The translations under genes were made by a program, and so were the position numbers. Of a stretch of DNA of 64,000 nucleotides, positions 57,039 to 64,000 are shown piece after piece (position 1 is the stretch's first letter; each line of letters begins with the position of its first letter). The notes under the pieces are model-generated. The model worked only from the letters and a program-made list of their open reading frames with translations. It ran no database searches and was not told where the DNA came from. Source of the DNA: an uncultured Candidatus Saccharibacteria bacterium (GTDB lineage: Bacteria > Patescibacteriota > Minisyncoccia > RBG-13-40-8-A); assembly GCA_965231075.1 (NCBI GenBank), contig OZ246412.1, positions 553,787 to 617,786 of the forward strand. Reading direction: 5' to 3'.

Positions 57039-57148
57039 AAATTTATTTTACATGTCGACACGTGTTGATTGCTCAAATTGTAGCAATCACACTAACTCTC
57101 AGCCGACTGCGGTCGGCTTCCGAGATTGTCTCAGTGTAAAATAAATTT
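57039..57148 (+). repeat. structured repeat element copy B
   Basis: 14-bp closing inverted repeat AAATTTATTTTACA, GACAC-GTG(T)TGATTGCT/AGCAATCACAC, TCTCAGCCGA..TCGGCT-TCC-GAGA. Confidence 0.85.
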
Positions 57149-57195
57149 AAAATATATTTAGAATAATTAGGTTAATTAGAATAATTAGAAATTTA

Positions 57196-57768
57196 ATGTA
57201 TATGATTGGTTTTATTGAGGGGAAAATTGAATATAGTACAGATAAATATGTTATAGTCGACGTAAACGGTGTCGGCTATAAGATTTATATTTCAACCAGC
57301 GTATTTAAAAATCTACCAGAAATCGGAAATAAAGTAAAATTGTTTACTCATTTACACGTGCGTGAGGACATTTTAGACCTTTTTGGATTTTTAGATAAAA
57401 AGGATTTAGATTTTTTTGAGATGTTAATTTCAATATCGGGTATTGGACCGAAAGGAGCAATGAATATATTAAGTGTAGCATCTGTGGAAACATTAAAAAA
57501 GGCCGTAACCAATGAAGATAGCACGATTCTAACTAAAGTTTCGGGAATTGGGCAGAAAACGGCAGAAAAAATTATCTTAGAGCTGAAATCTAAGATTAGT
57601 GGTGAGTATTTGGACGAAAAGGGAGGCGCAGACGGAGAAGCAATTGATGCTCTGGTTTCGTTGGGGTATCGATTGCAAGAGGCAAGAGAAGCATTGAAAA
57701 AAATTCCACACGAAATTACGGAAGTCGGTGCAAAGATTAAACATGCACTAAAACTATTGAGCAAGTAA
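57196..57768 (+). CDS. ruvA: Holliday junction DNA-binding protein RuvA
   Basis: MIGFIEG, GVGY, VRED..LFGF, ISGIGPK, GIGQKTAEKIILELK; start may be 57202. Confidence 0.96.
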   Translation: MYMIGFIEGKIEYSTDKYVIVDVNGVGYKIYISTSVFKNLPEIGNKVKLFTHLHVREDILDLFGFLDKKDLDFFEMLISISGIGPKGAMNILSVASVETLKKAVTNEDSTILTKVSGIGQKTAEKIILELKSKISGEYLDEKGGADGEAIDALVSLGYRLQEAREALKKIPHEITEVGAKIKHALKLLSK

Positions 57769-57769
57769 C

Positions 57770-58633
57770 ATGGGAAAATCATTTCTACAATCAGATTTAT
57801 GGTTAGAATTTCAGAGAAAGATTGGCAGAAGCGTTTTTAAAGTTAATAACATCAATATAATTAGCCATGAATTACCGATAAATAAATTGTTTCTGTACTC
57901 CCCCAGGGTTAGCACAATAGATGATTTCGATGGTTTTATAGAAAAAATTAAAACAATTGCAAAGAGAGAAAATGCGATTTTTTTTAAGGCAGAGTTTGAA
58001 AACAAAATAGACGAGAATTTATTAGATAAATATAATTTTAAAAAATCAAATAATATTCAACCGCTACAGACAATTATTCTCGATTTAGCCAAAACTGAAG
58101 AGGAATTATTAAATCAGATGCACCCGAAAACGAGATATAATATTAATTTGGCACAGAAGAAGGGAATCAAGATAAAAACCGGAAAGACCGATGACGATTT
58201 TGATCGATTTTGGAAATTGATGCAAGATACATCGCAAAGAGATAATTTTAAATCATATTCCCGGGCTTATTATGAAGAAATGTTAGAAATTTCGGGGGTG
58301 GAGTTATTTCTTGCGGAGTATCAAAATGAGGCAATTGTAGCGAACATCGTCGTTTTTTATGAGGATCAAGCAATTTATTTGCATGGGGCATCAAGTTATG
58401 AGCATAGAAACTTAATGGCAGCACCGCTGTTGCAGTGGCACCAAATTCAAGAAGCAAAGAGAATTGGTTGCAAAACGTATGATTTTTGGGGAATAAACGA
58501 ACAAAAATGGCCAGGTGTAACTCGTTTTAAGAGAGGATTTGGCGGTCAGGAAATAACCTATCCTGGTGCATACGATTTAGTTTTCAGGCCGATGTGGTAT
58601 AAATTATATAAATTAGCAAAAAGAATCTTATGA
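57770..58633 (+). CDS. FemABX-family lipid II aminoacyltransferase
   Basis: FLQS..W, KTRYNINLAQKKG, YLHGASS, LQW..I..AK..G...YDFWG, FKRGFGG. Confidence 0.9.
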   Translation: MGKSFLQSDLWLEFQRKIGRSVFKVNNINIISHELPINKLFLYSPRVSTIDDFDGFIEKIKTIAKRENAIFFKAEFENKIDENLLDKYNFKKSNNIQPLQTIILDLAKTEEELLNQMHPKTRYNINLAQKKGIKIKTGKTDDDFDRFWKLMQDTSQRDNFKSYSRAYYEEMLEISGVELFLAEYQNEAIVANIVVFYEDQAIYLHGASSYEHRNLMAAPLLQWHQIQEAKRIGCKTYDFWGINEQKWPGVTRFKRGFGGQEITYPGAYDLVFRPMWYKLYKLAKRIL

Positions 58634-59826
58634 TTAGAAAAATTATTCCTAAATTTGTTTTTAGTATTTATCATTATCTATTGGCATTAGCGGGCGCTGT
58701 TAGATATGGTTTTCCGTCGAGGAAATTAATTGTGATTGGAGTTACGGGGACAAAGGGCAAATCAACGACAGTAGTTTTGGCGGGAAAGATTTTTCAAGAA
58801 GCCGGAATTAAAGTGGGTTGGGTGTCTTCTTTGACCATAAATTATGGCGAAGAAGAGATAATGAATAAGTATCACATGACCATGCCAGGAAGATTTTTTA
58901 TTCAATCAGCGTTAGCGAAAATGGTTAAAAATGGTTGTAAATATGCGATTATTGAAGTAACTTCGGAGGGTATCAAACAATTTAGACACAAATTCATCAG
59001 ATTTTCAGGGGCGGTTTTTACAAATTTAGCTCCCGAACACATTGAAGCACATGGCAGTTTTGAAAGATATCGGGCTGCGAAAATGGAATTGTTTAAAGCA
59101 ACCGCAAAAAACAAAAATAGTTTTGGAATTTATAACGCTGATGATGAAAATGTTGATTGGTTTTTGAAATATCCAATTAAAAATAAATATAATTTTAGTT
59201 TAAAAAACGATAAAATTGATTTTAAATTAAATTTAATTGGGGATTTCAATGTTGCTAACGCCCTAACTGCTGCAACAATCGCAAAATCACAAGGAATTTC
59301 TAGTGAAGCCATAAGAACGGCGCTAGAAAAAATAAAATTTATTCCCGGACGACTCGAAGAAATTAATGAAGGACAAAATTTTAGAGTGATTGTTGATTTA
59401 GCACATACACCAGATTCGTTTGAAAAAGTTTTTAAGGTTTTCAAAAATTTGTCACACAAAAAAATTATATCCGTTTTCGGCGCTGCGGGTGGAGGCAGAG
59501 ATAAATGGAAAAGACCAGAACTAGGCAGAATCGCCTCCGAAGGATCAGACATTGTAATAATTTGCACAGAAGATTCTTATAACGAAGACGAACAAAAAAT
59601 TGCCGACGATATTGCCATGGGATGTAAAAAAACGCAACCCGAAATAATTTTAAATAGAAGAAAGGCAATCAACAAAGCGTTTTCGTTAGCGCAGAAAGAC
59701 GACATTGTTTTGATTCTGGGTAAAGGCACAGAGCAGACCATGGTCGTGGGTAATAATAAATCTCATTGGGACGATCGAGAAGTTGTGCGTGAGGAATTAA
59801 AAGACCTACTTAGTCACAACACATAA
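58630..59826 (+). CDS. murE: MurE-like UDP-MurNAc-tripeptide ligase (N-terminal domain absent)
   Basis: GVTGTKGKST, EVTSEG, FTNL.PEH...H, GRLE, D.AHTPD, FGAAGGGRD..KR, GKG.E. Confidence 0.8.
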   Translation: MIRKIIPKFVFSIYHYLLALAGAVRYGFPSRKLIVIGVTGTKGKSTTVVLAGKIFQEAGIKVGWVSSLTINYGEEEIMNKYHMTMPGRFFIQSALAKMVKNGCKYAIIEVTSEGIKQFRHKFIRFSGAVFTNLAPEHIEAHGSFERYRAAKMELFKATAKNKNSFGIYNADDENVDWFLKYPIKNKYNFSLKNDKIDFKLNLIGDFNVANALTAATIAKSQGISSEAIRTALEKIKFIPGRLEEINEGQNFRVIVDLAHTPDSFEKVFKVFKNLSHKKIISVFGAAGGGRDKWKRPELGRIASEGSDIVIICTEDSYNEDEQKIADDIAMGCKKTQPEIILNRRKAINKAFSLAQKDDIVLILGKGTEQTMVVGNNKSHWDDREVVREELKDLLSHNT

Positions 59827-59827
59827 C

Positions 59828-60001
59828 ATGAGAAATATTTTTAGTCTAAAAATTGAAACAAAAGTAAGTCTGTTAATTGTATTAATATTTGTGGCGATTT
59901 TTCTAATCACAGTATTTAAAAGTGTCAACAGTTTTAACAATTTTTCTGATAACATTAACAAATATGAAGAATTACGCATCGAAAAGGGCGACAAGAAATA
60001 A
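59828..60001 (+). CDS. 57-aa single-TM small protein
   Basis: MRNIFSLKIETKVSLLIVLIFVAIFLITVFKSV...GDKK*, starts 1 nt after the murE stop; below ORF-track cutoff. Confidence 0.6.
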   Translation: MRNIFSLKIETKVSLLIVLIFVAIFLITVFKSVNSFNNFSDNINKYEELRIEKGDKK

Positions 60002-60052
60002 GACTACCTACCGAACACCAAGTCCTATTAAATATAATTTGATTTTAAGAAA

Positions 60053-60082
60053 CAAAAAAACAGGGCGCACAGAGCGCCCCGT
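60053..60082 (-). terminator. intrinsic terminator
   Basis: Minus strand ACGGGGCGC-TCTGT-GCGCCCTGT followed by a T run. Confidence 0.65.
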
Positions 60083-60103
60083 ACCATATCAAAGGACTGA
60101 TAA

Positions 60104-60442
60104 TTAATTCTTGAGAGGGAAAATCTCTTCTGCAAGGATCTTCTTTTCCTCAACAATTTTCGCCCTGGATTTTTCCATGTCCAACTCAGATTCACCTCCT
60201 CCAACAGTGATATACTTGCCTGCCTTAAGAATTGCTTCTCTTTCGGTGTTGGCGAAGATCCTCTTAATTGTCATGTTTCGGAGACTTCCTTTTGTTCGAA
60301 GAGATACGGTGAAATTAAATTTCCCGTCATCCAGCTCATACTCTTCTCTCTCTTGTCTCCTAAGGTACTCTTCTTCCGATAGTCCCTCTCGAACTGCCTT
60401 TCTGGACGCTGACATTCTCTTAAATTCGCCCTCTCCTAACAT
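60104..60442 (-). CDS. hypothetical protein (ORFan)
   Basis: AAGGAG SD before ATG 60442 (MLGEGEF...), terminator downstream. Confidence 0.65.
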   Translation of the reverse strand: MLGEGEFKRMSASRKAVREGLSEEEYLRRQEREEYELDDGKFNFTVSLRTKGSLRNMTIKRIFANTEREAILKAGKYITVGGGESELDMEKSRAKIVEEKKILAEEIFPLKN

Positions 60443-60511
60443 ATGTTTTCTCCTTTTGACTAAATTAATTATTATGATAATATAATAACAAATAAATCTT
60501 AACAAATCAAT

Positions 60512-61228
60512 ATGGGCAAGATACAAAAAATTAAAGAGGAGAGAAAAATCCAGGAACAAATCAACTTAAAATTGCGTCAGAAAGATAAAAGAAAGACGAT
60601 TTTAATTACGGGAATCACAATAGTTGTTGTGATTGGTGTAATTTTTGGAGTTAATTACTTATTAAACACTAAAACAGATAATATGAAAAATAATGTGACA
60701 GATACAATAATTAATGCGACCATAGAGACCGTCAAAGGCAATATAGAACTGGAACTACATAAAGACGTTGCGCCGAATACGGTTGATAATTTTGTTAAAT
60801 TGGCTAATGAAAAGTTCTACGATGGAGTCAAGTTCCATAGAGTTATCGGGGATTTTATGATTCAATCGGGTGATCCATTATCTAAAGACAACGATCCCAG
60901 TAATGACGGCACAGGCGGTCCGGGTTACACATTTAAAGATGAAATCAATCCTAGATCGTTAGGTGTTTCCGAAGAAACCATAAGCCAATTGCAAGCACAA
61001 GGATATACTTATAATTTTATGCTTAAATCGATTCCTCACACCCCGGGAGTAATTTCCATGGCCAATGCTGGACCGAACACAAACGGAAGTCAATTTTTTA
61101 TTGTTACAACTCAAGATCAACCCCATTTAAATGGCAAACATACTGTTTTTGGCAAAGTTGTGAATGGTATGGAGGTAGTGCAAAATATCAAACAAGGTGA
61201 TATAATTAATAAGATAATAATTAAGTAA
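60512..61228 (+). CDS. cyclophilin-type peptidyl-prolyl isomerase with N-terminal TM
   Basis: [45 protein letters not shown]. Confidence 0.95.
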   Translation: MGKIQKIKEERKIQEQINLKLRQKDKRKTILITGITIVVVIGVIFGVNYLLNTKTDNMKNNVTDTIINATIETVKGNIELELHKDVAPNTVDNFVKLANEKFYDGVKFHRVIGDFMIQSGDPLSKDNDPSNDGTGGPGYTFKDEINPRSLGVSEETISQLQAQGYTYNFMLKSIPHTPGVISMANAGPNTNGSQFFIVTTQDQPHLNGKHTVFGKVVNGMEVVQNIKQGDIINKIIIK

Positions 61229-61241
61229 ATAAAAATAAATT

Positions 61242-62009
61242 ATGTTAGATTTTTTTCAAATTAAGCAACATCGAATTGTGTTTTCAGTTTTTGTCGGTTT
61301 AGTCATTTTAATTATGGTTATAATGGTGATATCGGGCGTATCAATGTTATTCAACGGGGGTAGATCCGGAAACAACATCAATGCAAACATAATCTCGTTT
61401 ACTGGCGAAGGCAAAATTTCCACTAAACCAGACGTGGCTTTTGTTGACTTTTCCGTTGTGACACAGGGAACACGATTGGCAGATGTTCAAAATAAGAATA
61501 GCGAGAAAATGAATAAAGTTGTGGAATTTTTAAAAAGCTTTGGTGTCGAAGAAAAAGATATAAAAACAACGAATTATAATTTATACCCTCAATACACTTA
61601 TGAGAACAACAGAATCCCTCAAATTATGGGATATCAAATTAGTCAAACATTGAGTGTAAAAATTAAACAACTAGATAAAGTTGGTGAAGTCATGGAAAAA
61701 GTTGTTGAGATGGGCATAAATCAAGTTAATTCATTATATTTTGGAGTTGAAAACGATGAAGAGCTGAAAGAACAAGCAAGAAAAATGGCAATTGATAATG
61801 CCAAAGAAAAAGCGGAGAAATTGGCCAAAGAACTTGGCATAAGATTGGGGAAATTAACTAATTTTTACGAGAATACTTCTGGATATCCAGTGCCAATGTA
61901 CGATTCCTATAAAGCCGTCGGAATGGGCGGAGGAGCAGGATCCCCAAACATTCAAACCGGAGAGAATGAAATTATTGTTAATATAACTTTGAACTACGAA
62001 GTAAAATAA
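61242..62009 (+). CDS. SIMPL (DUF541) domain protein
   Basis: GEGKI..KPDVA, DIKTTNY.LYPQY, AI.NAKEKA..LA..LG..LG. Confidence 0.9.
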   Translation: MLDFFQIKQHRIVFSVFVGLVILIMVIMVISGVSMLFNGGRSGNNINANIISFTGEGKISTKPDVAFVDFSVVTQGTRLADVQNKNSEKMNKVVEFLKSFGVEEKDIKTTNYNLYPQYTYENNRIPQIMGYQISQTLSVKIKQLDKVGEVMEKVVEMGINQVNSLYFGVENDEELKEQARKMAIDNAKEKAEKLAKELGIRLGKLTNFYENTSGYPVPMYDSYKAVGMGGGAGSPNIQTGENEIIVNITLNYEVK

Positions 62010-62356
62010 TGGAAGACAAAAAGCCCAGAAACACTGAACGATTCGAATGGACGATGCACGTTGTTTCTAAGATGAAGCAATACAATTTGTCAGAAAATAG
62101 AGTTAAGAGAGTAATCAATAATCCTAAAAGAATCGAAGAAGGCATTGCTCCAAATACGATTGCGGTGATGCAACCAAACAGTTCTAAGCATTCCTATGAA
62201 TTTTGGGCAATGTATTCCCGCGTAGCGGGACGGAAAATAAGAATTATTACCGCCTGGAAATATCCAGGCAGAAGCCCAGTTAAGGGGCCGATACCCATAC
62301 CACTCGACATATTGGAGGAACTGAGTGAACTAAGGAACGATAAAAATTATGTTTAA
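62009..62356 (+). CDS. conserved hypothetical protein (DUF4258/BrnT-like fold possible)
   Basis: WTMH...KM.QY.LSE.RVKRVI.NP.RIEEG, IRIITAWKYP. Confidence 0.65.
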   Translation: MEDKKPRNTERFEWTMHVVSKMKQYNLSENRVKRVINNPKRIEEGIAPNTIAVMQPNSSKHSYEFWAMYSRVAGRKIRIITAWKYPGRSPVKGPIPIPLDILEELSELRNDKNYV

Positions 62357-62714
62357 GAAATTAAAAAAAATATTTTTCAACATTAAGGCATTAATCGTAT
62401 TATTGATCGTGTTAATTGTTGTCGGTTGGGGTCTCACAATTTATTTTGGCGTTAAAATTAATTCTCGCAAAGACGTCTGTACTGACCATGAGTTAAAGAC
62501 AGAGAAATTAAATTATTACGTACAACTATTACAGAAATCCAGGGACTTAATCGACAGAAATCAAAGCTTAGTCGACTTAGAAGACGAGGTCCGTCTATTG
62601 GACAATGGAGTTCTGACAGCAGAATGGGAAAACGCTGTCGCCACCAACAGAAAAGAAGATGCAAATAATTATCTTGATGTAATTATCGACGCGTTGGTGT
62701 TTTTTTCTAAATAG
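62349..62714 (+). CDS. hypothetical single-TM protein
   Basis: N-terminal hydrophobic helix; operonic overlap. Confidence 0.65.
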   Translation: MFKKLKKIFFNIKALIVLLIVLIVVGWGLTIYFGVKINSRKDVCTDHELKTEKLNYYVQLLQKSRDLIDRNQSLVDLEDEVRLLDNGVLTAEWENAVATNRKEDANNYLDVIIDALVFFSK

Positions 62715-62717
62715 GCA

Positions 62718-63389
62718 ATGAAAAAAATAGTTCGTCTATCGCCATCAAGTTTAAATTTATTTTTGGAATGTCCAAGATGTTTTTGGCTCCAAATGAATGA
62801 AAATATCCACCGTCCGCGGGGGATATTTCCGTCTTTGCCGGGAGGAATGGATCTTGTGATTAAAGATTATTTTGATAAATACCGAGAGAAAGATGAATTA
62901 CCCCCAGAATTACAAGGAAAAATTGAAGGAAAGCTGCTACATGACCACAATCTTTTAAACAGGTGGAGGAACTGGAGAACAGGACTTGAATTTACAGACG
63001 AAAGCTTAGGAGTGACTCTGTTCGGAGCACTCGATGACTGCTTGCAGGTCGGAGATAAATTTACGCCACTAGACTATAAAACCAGAGGATCGGAACCAAA
63101 GGAAGGAGATTCGCAGAAATATTACGGAAATCAATTAGATTGTTATTCTCTATTACTCGAAGAAAACGGATATCCGGTTGAAAAGTTTGGTTATTTGGTT
63201 TATTACTATCCTGAACACGTCGAAGAAAATGGAACAGTTGTATTTAATGTTAAGCCGGTAAAATTAAATCTTGACCCAGATCGTGCAAGACAGACCTTAA
63301 AAAATGCAATTAAACTATTAAGCGGTCCTGTCCCCTCGCATCACACCGAATGCGAGTATTGTATTTGGGGGAGGAACAACGGAGATTAG
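62718..63389 (+). CDS. PD-(D/E)XK nuclease (RecB/Cas4-like, solo)
   Basis: LSPSSL..F.ECPRCFW, GALDD, DYKT, QL..Y, CEYC. Confidence 0.88.
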   Translation: MKKIVRLSPSSLNLFLECPRCFWLQMNENIHRPRGIFPSLPGGMDLVIKDYFDKYREKDELPPELQGKIEGKLLHDHNLLNRWRNWRTGLEFTDESLGVTLFGALDDCLQVGDKFTPLDYKTRGSEPKEGDSQKYYGNQLDCYSLLLEENGYPVEKFGYLVYYYPEHVEENGTVVFNVKPVKLNLDPDRARQTLKNAIKLLSGPVPSHHTECEYCIWGRNNGD

Positions 63390-63403
63390 AAATCTTAATT
63401 AAT

Positions 63404-63439
63404 AAAAAAATGCCTCGATTTTTCGATCGAGGCGTTTTT
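63404..63439. terminator. bidirectional terminator
   Basis: AAAAAAATGCCTCGAT-TTTTCG-ATCGAGGCGTTTTT. Confidence 0.75.
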
Positions 63440-63449
63440 AGTTGCGAAA

Positions 63450-63833
63450 TTATTCAATAAATCCAAAATGTGCGAGAGTTGGTTCGATATTCGGACCGAG
63501 ATCATCAGATAGGTTGCTGATGTCCATCCACTTCCATTCTTTGATATCTGGTCCAGGCTTAATTTCTCCTACTCTTTTAGCAAGAAAATGAACCAACAAA
63601 ATATCTTTGTCGTCTTTTCGAACGTGCATTATGAAAGGTTCGGGATTAATGATCTCGATTTCGATTCCCATTTCTTCTCTGACTTCGCGTTTTGCATTTT
63701 CAATGAGATTGGTCTCGAAATCTTCAACTCTTCCGCCACAAAATTTCCAAAAAAGATCATCGCCGTGCTTATTTAAAAGCACTTTTCCATTCTCAACGAT
63801 CACTGGGCCAGATGCAATGATAATTTTTGACAT
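63450..63833 (-). CDS. NUDIX hydrolase
   Basis: WKFCGGRVED..TNLIENAKREVREEMG. Confidence 0.85.
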   Translation of the reverse strand: MSKIIIASGPVIVENGKVLLNKHGDDLFWKFCGGRVEDFETNLIENAKREVREEMGIEIEIINPEPFIMHVRKDDKDILLVHFLAKRVGEIKPGPDIKEWKWMDISNLSDDLGPNIEPTLAHFGFIE

Positions 63834-63891
63834 AATTTTACTCCTTCTTTTAATATTTCTATTTTAATATAAAAACACGATCAAATCAATA

Positions 63892-64000
63892 TTATAAATT
63901 TTTAACCATATACTCATCTCTTAATTTATAACCGAGTTTCTTGTAGTATCCACGAACACCGATGCCAGCGATAACCGCGATTTTTTTATTCCCGAATTCG
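63892..64000 (-). CDS. 3' end of Elp3-like radical SAM/GNAT tRNA U34 modification enzyme (partial)
   Basis: [35 protein letters not shown] matches the Elp3 C-terminal KIAVISGVGVR.YY.K.GY...YM.K pattern. Confidence 0.8.
   Translation of the reverse strand, partial: EFGNKKIAVIAGIGVRGYYKKLGYKLRDEYMVKNL

Noticed and set aside
62718-63389. Cas4-like gene as evidence for CRISPR-Cas
   Set aside because: No repeat-spacer array or other cas genes seen anywhere in the window
1-64000. Alternative genetic code (UGA=Gly, as in Gracilibacteria/Absconditabacteria)
   Set aside because: Core genes are full length under code 11, and TGA ends genes at expected positions (e.g. VirB4, femX, yebC with ATGA-type overlaps)

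Overview
Core chromosomal region around the replication origin of a low-GC bacterium. Gene content and style point to Patescibacteria/CPR, probably Parcubacteria (inference). The evidence is a PrgI/VirB4/VirB6/pilin T4SS-like locus, mostly SD-less AT-rich or leaderless starts, truncated MurE/TruB/PolA-exo forms and the standard genetic code. The window carries rnj, cca, four CCA-less tRNAs, rpsO-NYN-pnp and comM with a HigBA/NUDIX islet bracketed by a 251-bp duplication of the comM 3' end. It continues with pcrA-rsmA-lnt, the T4SS-like cluster, waaL/wzx, the jag-yidC-yidD-rnpA-rpmH | dnaA-oriC-dnaN-dciA block, PBP1A, dispersed ruvC/ruvB/ruvA, pilB, tsaE, 5'-3' exonuclease-mutM, holA, rpsT, truB, femX-murE, a PPIase, SIMPL, a solo PD-(D/E)XK nuclease and the end of elp3. 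Most notable unexplained signals: (1) a family of ~110-120-nt structured elements (three full copies and one partial) with a covarying three-stem fold, always in the transcript-sense orientation, one inserted in frame inside waaL; (2) an unannotated ~190-260-nt highly structured RNA gene with a perfect sigma70 promoter and terminator between ruvB and pilB (6S-like); (3) 7-bp and 9-bp periodic repeats and small palindromes inserted in frame into many housekeeping genes; (4) the comM-tail-bounded islet; (5) perfect DnaA boxes at the starts of comM and ruvB. All product calls come from reading motifs by eye; no searches or folding programs were run.
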